In this document: piece after piece, positions 48,383 to 55,496 of the stretch
Layout of the letters: each line of letters opens with the position of its first letter
Numbering within the stretch: the first letter of the stretch is position 1
Source of the DNA: a virus
Taxonomy: Duplodnaviria > Caudoviricetes
Length of the DNA stretch: 64,000 nt
Reading direction: 5' to 3' (one strand)
Virus record (IMG/VR): IMGVR_UViG_3300031784_000003
Position numbers and translations under genes: made by a program
Notes under the pieces: model-generated
What the model saw: only the letters and a program-made list of their open reading frames with translations
Told to the model about the DNA's origin: nothing
Database searches by the model: none

Positions 48383-49639
48383 TTATTTTACTAAATCAAA
48401 TACTAAATCTTTTTTTTCTTGAACTAATTTACTATAAAGATTTTTTCTTTCTCCACAAACAGTTTTCATATCATATTTACCATTTACGGTATTATATAAA
48501 TTTTCACCTAGTTTAGTAATTAATTCAGGGTTTTCTACTAGTCTTTTTAAATGGCTATACCATAATTTATGATTTTTTACAGTAGGGATTAAAAACCCAT
48601 TACCGTTTTCGTTTATCGTACCACCCTTCTCAAAAGAATCAACAACGTCTATCTGATACGAACCAAAGTCTTGTGCGACTATAGCCTTTTTATGGAAACC
48701 TGCTTCAATCACTTTAAGCTGAGATTTAACTTTATTAAACGTATTTTCTTTAAGTGGTGCTAATGAGATATCAAATAAATTATAATTTGATGCATAAGAT
48801 GTAATTGGTTTAGTCCATACTCTTCTGTAAGGTTCATTTGCAACGTTTTCATATTCTTTATTTTCAAAAGATAACAAAAATTCTTTATATTCTTCACTAA
48901 CAATTTTATAATCATCAGTAAATATTCTTTCATATTCGTACCATACGGATTCTTTTGGTTTAATAGGGCGTTGTTTTTGTTCACCAGTTTTTTGATCAAT
49001 CATTGTGATTGTACCTCTTAAATCAAAACCACATAATACAAATTGTACTTTATCAATTAATCCGTCATTTTTGAATTTACTAACCATCCCCTTTAAAATT
49101 TCTAAATCTTTTAAGTGAGAAGATCCACCTAACCATCCAATTCTAATTCTATCACTTTTTTCAGAATTATTTTGGTATTGTTTTTCAGATGGATTAATTG
49201 CGTTTGGAATCACAAAAACATTTTTATTAAATTTACTTATTTCATCCGCAAATATTTTTGTTGTGGTAGTCACATTTCTAGAAACTTTAACATTATTTAA
49301 AATTTTCTTATCCAACTCATGAGATTTAATTATTTGCCAAGCAGGATGATCAGGACCTGGAGACCAATGATCATCTATATCCATAATAGTCGCAATACCT
49401 AATTTATCACATCTATCTAACAATTCACCTAAATATTCATAATCACCTAAAGTTCTATGGTAATGTATTAAATCATATTTTTTTAAATATTCATCGTTAT
49501 GTAACTCAGGTTCATAATCAATATCGACATGAAAATCGTTAGGGAAATATTCTTCTAATTTGATGTGGGGTATTGTCGATCTATAATAAGAAACCCCTGT
49601 TCTGTCACTCGGAACAACTAATACTTTAATTTTACTCAT
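48383..49639 (-). CDS. GT-B (GT4-like) glycosyltransferase
   Basis: GVSYYRSTIPH, MDIDDHW, VIPNAI, IGWLGGSSHLKDL, DISLAPL..NTFNKVKSQLKVIEAG. Confidence 0.8.
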   Translation of the reverse strand: MSKIKVLVVPSDRTGVSYYRSTIPHIKLEEYFPNDFHVDIDYEPELHNDEYLKKYDLIHYHRTLGDYEYLGELLDRCDKLGIATIMDIDDHWSPGPDHPAWQIIKSHELDKKILNNVKVSRNVTTTTKIFADEISKFNKNVFVIPNAINPSEKQYQNNSEKSDRIRIGWLGGSSHLKDLEILKGMVSKFKNDGLIDKVQFVLCGFDLRGTITMIDQKTGEQKQRPIKPKESVWYEYERIFTDDYKIVSEEYKEFLLSFENKEYENVANEPYRRVWTKPITSYASNYNLFDISLAPLKENTFNKVKSQLKVIEAGFHKKAIVAQDFGSYQIDVVDSFEKGGTINENGNGFLIPTVKNHKLWYSHLKRLVENPELITKLGENLYNTVNGKYDMKTVCGERKNLYSKLVQEKKDLVFDLVK

Positions 49640-49709
49640 AAATAATTTTTTATTTAATAATAAAAAGAAAAATTATTTTTCTAAATATTATGAGAAAATT
49701 AATTTAAAA

Positions 49710-49741
49710 TTTGTTTTTTCAAAATGTTATTTATATATTTG
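49710..49741 (+). promoter_or_regulatory. Bacteroidota-type primary-sigma promoter
   Basis: TTTG (49710-49713), 20 nt, TATATTTG (49734-49741), matching the -33 TTTG / -7 TAnnTTTG consensus. Confidence 0.6.
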
Positions 49742-49761
49742 TTAATATAAAATCAAGCACT

Positions 49762-49986
49762 ATGAAAACTTTAATTTTAAAAACAGTATTTTTTGTAAGT
49801 ATTATTACACTTACGTCTTGTGTATCCGAAAAAACAATTTTGATAGCTAACGGTGAATATATAACCGAAAGACAATTCGATAAAAGATTAAAAAAGGCAT
49901 ACAAAGAAGCTATGAAAGAAATGTCTAAAGAAGAAAAAGAAATTATTGAAGGCACTCGTTTTAGTGTAGAAACAAGTGAACAATAA
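49762..49986 (+). CDS. Small lipoprotein
   Basis: Start moved to the ATG at 49762: MKTLILKTVFFVSIITLTS-C, signal peptide with lipobox LTSC. Confidence 0.7.
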   Translation: MKTLILKTVFFVSIITLTSCVSEKTILIANGEYITERQFDKRLKKAYKEAMKEMSKEEKEIIEGTRFSVETSEQ

Positions 49987-52092
49987 TTAAGATTTAAGTG
50001 TAATAACTTTATCCTTTGATGTTTTACCCACTAATTTAAGACTTATAAGTTTGTTTATAATTGCTGTATCAACAAAAGTATCTGGTACGTTAATACGTAA
50101 TTTATTACTTTTGAACGAACCTTTTTCATATACTCTACTAACACCTATAGAACTAAATACACCTACCTTTTCGATGTATGAACCTACATTAACCCAACCA
50201 GTTAATTTTTCATCCTTAAACGTGTTATATTTACTAATATAAGAATCTATTTTTGATGAATTAGTAAATATAGGTGAAACTAATGTGTCATCAGTAATAT
50301 AAAGATCAAAAACTATATCATTAGTATTAGTAGTTAAACCTTTAATATTACCCACATTCATTAAACTTATTAAAGTATTCACGGATTTCATATTTTGTTC
50401 TATTCCACCACCTAAATTGTTTACAAAATCAATAAATAATTTAGGTGTAAAATTAACACCATTAGGTTTTTCATTAGGAACCAATTTAAATGGTGTACTT
50501 GAAGTACTTCCAATTATAGATGGATTAGACACAACACCGTAAGGTGCATATAATCTTCTTAAATTAAAAGTTTTAGGTAGTTCATCCTTTTTAAATCTTA
50601 TTATATCTCCTTCTTCCGTCTGAATATTAGTTGAATCGCAATTGTCTATTAAATAACTTCTCATCGACTTAGTGGCGTTAGTACCTGCATTTGGGAATTT
50701 AGTAGATTCTAAACCAAATCTATAGTAAGATCCTGATTCTCCACCACTACAAAAACTATCGTTCACATAATTCATTTTATAACCTGTCCATAAACACCAA
50801 CCCCCATATATTTTAGGTTCATTACATTTACCTTTATAGAGTTCGGTTTCTGTACTTGAGTCAAATGTACCATACCCATAAAGAGGTAAATATTTTTTAT
50901 ACATATTTTCTTGTAAATCAGATGCAGTAGAACTTGCTTTAAACACAGGTAATTTAGTGGTAATATCATAAACCAACCAACCCTTTTGTAATCCTGCAGG
51001 TGGTGTCATCTTTTGTTCATCTTTTTGTGCAGCTTTCTTTTCTTCACCTTTTTTAATTAGATTACCACAAGCATCTAATTCCATAACATCTATTCTACGA
51101 TAGTCATTAGTTTCAGCTATTGATGGTGTACACGCGTGGTATATTACTGTATTACCTTTACTTAATCTAACTTCAGGAGTACTTGAGTGACATCTTTTAT
51201 CCGTATATTTACATACAAAAGATATCATAATATTTCCAGGTTTATTACCTAATATAGATAAAGCTTGTTGTGGTGTTACAATAAATTTAGAACTTCTACT
51301 CCCACCGTCTTTTGCGTTATTTAAATTTGCAACACCATCTAATTTTATTTTATTTAATTCGACATCGAATTGTGCGTCATCACATTGATGACCACCTCTA
51401 CAAGGAAATTTTGAGTTGGGTTCTTTTACATACATTACTTCTATAGTAAGTCCTTCTAAACAAGCGGAAGGGGGACTTAATTTAAAATTAACTCTTATGA
51501 ATTGTTCATCTTTAAATTTTTGATCACCAGCTTTATCACCACCATCAGGATTCCAAGCAGTCGTACCGAACACAATTTTAGGTGGTTCAAAAATAGGTAT
51601 CGCCGCAATTGTTCCTTGTTTTTCTAATCCCTTAAAATAAGCGGTTAAGAATTTTTGAATTGTTTTTGCTCTTCTTTCCGCCAACACCCCAATATCTACT
51701 GGTATTTTTGGGGTTACTTCATCATCATAATTAGGAACCTGTGATTCTCCAGCTTCTATCTGAATTGTAAATATTTTAGCTTTCCCATCTATAAGACCAC
51801 CACTTTGTTTAATTAATTCTGATTTTGTTTCTAACCAGAGAATCGCCTCTTTCAATTCACCTAAAATCTCTTGTTTAGGCATAGATGTATCTTTCCATTT
51901 ACCAGATTCAAAAGTAGTTTGTAATTCTACCTCTTTTACCTCATCATTAGGGGCTTCTTTTAATAATGAACTCATTTCTTCTTTTATGTATGAACTTATT
52001 TCTTCATTTAATTCATGTCTATAACTATCAGTCCTATAAACCATCAAACGTTTCATCCTTTGCAGTTCTTCATTAAGGGTAGTTTTTTTCAT
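49987..52092 (-). CDS. Large probable virion protein with leader and an OmpA-like segment
   Basis: MKKTTLNEELQRMKRLM leader; TFESGK...IQIEAGES...LAERRAKTIQKFL...IRVNF pattern; minus-strand ATATTTAT at 52113-52120. Confidence 0.7.
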   Translation of the reverse strand: MKKTTLNEELQRMKRLMVYRTDSYRHELNEEISSYIKEEMSSLLKEAPNDEVKEVELQTTFESGKWKDTSMPKQEILGELKEAILWLETKSELIKQSGGLIDGKAKIFTIQIEAGESQVPNYDDEVTPKIPVDIGVLAERRAKTIQKFLTAYFKGLEKQGTIAAIPIFEPPKIVFGTTAWNPDGGDKAGDQKFKDEQFIRVNFKLSPPSACLEGLTIEVMYVKEPNSKFPCRGGHQCDDAQFDVELNKIKLDGVANLNNAKDGGSRSSKFIVTPQQALSILGNKPGNIMISFVCKYTDKRCHSSTPEVRLSKGNTVIYHACTPSIAETNDYRRIDVMELDACGNLIKKGEEKKAAQKDEQKMTPPAGLQKGWLVYDITTKLPVFKASSTASDLQENMYKKYLPLYGYGTFDSSTETELYKGKCNEPKIYGGWCLWTGYKMNYVNDSFCSGGESGSYYRFGLESTKFPNAGTNATKSMRSYLIDNCDSTNIQTEEGDIIRFKKDELPKTFNLRRLYAPYGVVSNPSIIGSTSSTPFKLVPNEKPNGVNFTPKLFIDFVNNLGGGIEQNMKSVNTLISLMNVGNIKGLTTNTNDIVFDLYITDDTLVSPIFTNSSKIDSYISKYNTFKDEKLTGWVNVGSYIEKVGVFSSIGVSRVYEKGSFKSNKLRINVPDTFVDTAIINKLISLKLVGKTSKDKVITLKS

Positions 52093-52190
52093 AGAAAATA
52101 TTTTTTTTATCTATAAATATAAAAAAAATGGTTAAAATGTAAATTCGTATTGTTTTTTTCACTATCTTTACATTATAAAATTAAACAACT

Positions 52191-52763
52191 ATGGAAACTT
52201 CAATCGTAACACAAAATGTAAGAGAGTACAAAGGGAACAATAATTTCATCCTTTCTTTACAAAATGGGCTTAATAAATACGGTTCATTAACATCTAGACA
52301 ATTAGAGGCAGCAACAAATTTCTTCTCTAAATTCACTAAAGAGGAAAAAAAGGAATTTTCTGAAAAACAAGTTAATGTTAATCTTAAAGTTAGTAAGTTT
52401 ATTGCTAAAAGAATTGCGAAGGAAAATAATTTAGAGTTCAATCCTTTTTTGGTTACAATTTCTAAAGTGTTAAACGAAACTCCAAAAGCTTACCAAGTTG
52501 TTGGTAGAATGAATACTTCGGATGTGACTTCTTGTAGATGTTGTGGTAAAGACTTAACTGATTGGAGATCACAAGCAACAGGTGTGGGTCCTGTTTGTTC
52601 TAAATATCTTAAAATACCTTATGTTAAAAATCAGGAGGATGTTGCAGTATTTAAAAAGATGCTTAAACTCAAAATAGAAGAGATAGGTGATTTAACCTTT
52701 TGGGTACCTAAATCTCAAATAGTAGAAGGTTTAAATGAATTATCATCCCAAACTTCTAAATAA
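52191..52763 (+). CDS. Hypothetical with a DUF6011-like Zn ribbon
   Basis: CRCCGKDLTDWRSQATGVGPVC matches the C..CGR.LTD..S...GIGP.C pattern. Confidence 0.7.
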   Translation: METSIVTQNVREYKGNNNFILSLQNGLNKYGSLTSRQLEAATNFFSKFTKEEKKEFSEKQVNVNLKVSKFIAKRIAKENNLEFNPFLVTISKVLNETPKAYQVVGRMNTSDVTSCRCCGKDLTDWRSQATGVGPVCSKYLKIPYVKNQEDVAVFKKMLKLKIEEIGDLTFWVPKSQIVEGLNELSSQTSK

Positions 52764-52791
52764 AAAAAAACCCTCATTAGAGGGTTTTTTT
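52762..52791. terminator. Bidirectional terminator
   Basis: A-run, CCCTC-atta-GAGGG, T-run between convergent genes; same AACCCTC/GAGGGTT stem as at 13771. Confidence 0.88.
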
Positions 52792-53347
52792 ATTTTCTTT
52801 TAGGTAAAGGTTTTAGTGTACCTGAGAATGTGGTACCACCCACTTTAATTTGTATATCCTCAGTCATTAAAGATTTATCGAAATATTCCTCAATTACAGA
52901 TCTAACCAGATCTTCCATTTCTTCCCTAACAATTTTACGTATAGTTTTTTCATTCACACTATTACTTGTGGTTGTATGGGTATTTTCTTTAACAACAGTT
53001 TTTTTAGTATTTCTTGTTTCTACTAATTCTGAAACATCGTCCAATTCAAATGTATGAAACGGTGTCTCAGGTATATCAATTGGGTTATCTATCATTGCCT
53101 TTTTTATAAAATCAGGCATTTTTGATTTTTCTAAATTTCTGTATTTACCATTAACAGGTGAAACAGAACCAGCAGAATTTTTATGTTTATTAATAAAGTT
53201 TTCGGTTAAATTAGGTATTTCTTTTTCTTCATCACCATAATCAAAACTTTGTTTACCATTCGATGTATTTCCGTAGTTTTCTTCTGTGGCTTGCATAACC
53301 GCCTTTGATCTACTTAAAATTTCTGTTAATCTATTTACATTACTCAT
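52790..53347 (-). CDS. Hypothetical protein
   Basis: Likely start MSNVNRL at 53347 (the track extends to 53356). Confidence 0.75.
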   Translation of the reverse strand: MSNVNRLTEILSRSKAVMQATEENYGNTSNGKQSFDYGDEEKEIPNLTENFINKHKNSAGSVSPVNGKYRNLEKSKMPDFIKKAMIDNPIDIPETPFHTFELDDVSELVETRNTKKTVVKENTHTTTSNSVNEKTIRKIVREEMEDLVRSVIEEYFDKSLMTEDIQIKVGGTTFSGTLKPLPKRK

Positions 53348-53717
53348 TATTATCAAATTTTAAAATCTTATATATCTGTATCATATCTTTGTCACCACTA
53401 GGGTTAAATAATTTTCTAGGTTCATTAAATTTACCACCCAACATTTTTAAATTATCCATTCTATCTACCCTAAAAGTCTTCCACCCAGGTTGAATTGTTT
53501 TAGTGTCTCCACCTATTTGATATACTCTAACTATATCATTTCCTGCCTTAGATATTCCATAACAATATATCTCAACCCACCTTATATTCTTACCTCCAGG
53601 ATCTTCTCCGTCATCGTAATATACAGATGCCAAACGCTTACCATCCATTATTTTCATAATAGAATTTTTGTTTGCTACTTCAAATATAAGTCCTTCAGCT
53701 AAATTGTAAAGTTTCAT
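53340..53717 (-). CDS. Standalone WYL-like domain protein
   Basis: SVYYDD...RWVEIYCYG...VRVYQ...GWKTFRVDRM fits the WYL/SH3-like pattern ending in (F/R)xxDRI. Confidence 0.6.
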   Translation of the reverse strand: MKLYNLAEGLIFEVANKNSIMKIMDGKRLASVYYDDGEDPGGKNIRWVEIYCYGISKAGNDIVRVYQIGGDTKTIQPGWKTFRVDRMDNLKMLGGKFNEPRKLFNPSGDKDMIQIYKILKFDNNE

Positions 53718-53725
53718 TATTAATT

Positions 53726-54070
53726 TTATTGATTAGTATTTAAAATATAATTAGGGTAGTAAGGTTTACTTGGACCATAACCATTAGGACCTGTTGTACT
53801 ACCATACTTAGATTCATTTCTAGCAATCAAAGACTTTCTACCACTACCAGGATAATCAGGTGAACCATTAATATCGACATCTGTACCACCATTAATACTA
53901 TCTAATTGATCACTATTACTTCCAGTACCCCTACCTTTTCCATCACCATCTGATAATGCATTAGGGTGAGTTGCCCCATATTTTTTACCTTCACTATCGA
54001 TATAGGTATTTTTAATCACGTTTTCAACTCTAAACTGATCACCTAATTCCATTAATTTAGTCTTTTCCAT
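53726..54070 (-). CDS. Gly/Ser/Asn-rich hypothetical
   Basis: 114-aa ORF in the operon. Confidence 0.75.
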   Translation of the reverse strand: MEKTKLMELGDQFRVENVIKNTYIDSEGKKYGATHPNALSDGDGKGRGTGSNSDQLDSINGGTDVDINGSPDYPGSGRKSLIARNESKYGSTTGPNGYGPSKPYYPNYILNTNQ

Positions 54071-54074
54071 AATT

Positions 54075-54623
54075 TTATATTTTAGATTCGTATATTATTA
54101 ATTTTTGTATTCTTAATATTTCTTCATAAACTGGTTTACCTCTCATTACTTGACCACTAATGTCCTTACTAATTTTAGGTATTTTTATTTTTAAAGATTG
54201 TTTATTAATTTTATTATTATCTTTTTCGTGTTGTTTTATAAATTGATTTGCTAAACCTGTTTCACTTTTTATCTTTTTAGGTGCTTTAATAGATTCAGTT
54301 TCTTTTTTAAGTGTTGACTCTACCCAGTTATTCATAGTTTTACCACCATTTAATCTGTATTCGATATCGTCATGTTTACCTTCATAATTATCAAACCAAT
54401 TTTTTATTCTTTTCATTTGTTTATATTCTATTTTTTTATTTTCTAGAATACCTTTAGCCCTTTTATATCCCTCAGTTGGTTTATTATTTGCAATATCTTC
54501 TTTTTTTAAAGTTTCATAAGTTTTTACTGCATTACCAATAGCGTTCAACACATAATTAGGGCAATTATAATATTTCCCATGTAATTTACTATTACCCCCT
54601 TTATTTTTCTTCCTGTTCGCCAT
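54075..54623 (-). CDS. Basic hypothetical protein
   Basis: 182 aa, Lys-rich. Confidence 0.75.
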   Translation of the reverse strand: MANRKKNKGGNSKLHGKYYNCPNYVLNAIGNAVKTYETLKKEDIANNKPTEGYKRAKGILENKKIEYKQMKRIKNWFDNYEGKHDDIEYRLNGGKTMNNWVESTLKKETESIKAPKKIKSETGLANQFIKQHEKDNNKINKQSLKIKIPKISKDISGQVMRGKPVYEEILRIQKLIIYESKI

Positions 54624-55437
54624 ATTTTATTTTATCACCTATAATTTCTCTATGTTCTTCTGATATTGAATTAACATCTAAATTATCAATTAAGAAATTT
54701 AAAAGAATTGATAACTCATCACCTTTCAAATTTTCTTTATGTATTAAATCCAATAAACTATTAATTTTTCTTATAACTATTGGTTTTTCGTGTACATCCT
54801 TCAATTCAGTAATATCAGGTATAGAAATCTTATCCACCATAATATCTACCTCACCTATCCTTTTAACAAAATCTTTTGAGTCATCTCTTTTACTTCTAAT
54901 AATTTCATCCACTAAAGACTTCATAGAATTTTCATTTTCTGAAAGATCAATATCAAAAGTTGTATCATAAGGTAGTTTATATCCTCTCCATTCTTCTGAA
55001 GGTAAATGATCATAAATTGGATCAGATGGTTTATAATAATGTTTACTAATATCTTTATCTGCCATCATCTTAGCCTCTCTGTTTTTTCTATCTCTATCGT
55101 CTCTACTATATTTTTTAGAAGGGACTACATCCAATTTATCATATAATTCATCGTCTACATTTAACATTTCTTCTTCCTCATTAACGACATAGGAATAATT
55201 AACACCGTAATAAGGTCCACCATATATAAAGTATGCCTCAGGTCCTTGAGTAGAACTTCTAACATAATCATCGGTAGTTTTTTTAGACTTTATAAAATTT
55301 CTATTTTGTTTATAGTTATTGTTACGATTTATAAGAGCCCCATTAGTCCCTATTAGTTCATTAATTTGGACTTCCTCAACAATATTTTTTTTAGTTAAAT
55401 ATTTATTAATATCAGACTTTTTAAATGTTTTACTCAT
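54601..55437 (-). CDS. Hypothetical protein
   Basis: 278 aa, first gene of the minus-strand block. Confidence 0.75.
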   Translation of the reverse strand: MSKTFKKSDINKYLTKKNIVEEVQINELIGTNGALINRNNNYKQNRNFIKSKKTTDDYVRSSTQGPEAYFIYGGPYYGVNYSYVVNEEEEMLNVDDELYDKLDVVPSKKYSRDDRDRKNREAKMMADKDISKHYYKPSDPIYDHLPSEEWRGYKLPYDTTFDIDLSENENSMKSLVDEIIRSKRDDSKDFVKRIGEVDIMVDKISIPDITELKDVHEKPIVIRKINSLLDLIHKENLKGDELSILLNFLIDNLDVNSISEEHREIIGDKIKYGEQEEK

Positions 55438-55453
55438 AATAAAGTTTTTTTAT

Positions 55454-55482
55454 ATAAATATATCGTAATTCTAAATATTTAT
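55454..55482. promoter_or_regulatory. Divergent pair of ATATTTAT motifs
   Basis: Minus-strand copy at 55454-55461 faces the ATG at 55437; plus-strand copy at 55475-55482 faces the ATG at 55497. Confidence 0.6.
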
Positions 55483-55496
55483 TTTAAAATAAAGTT

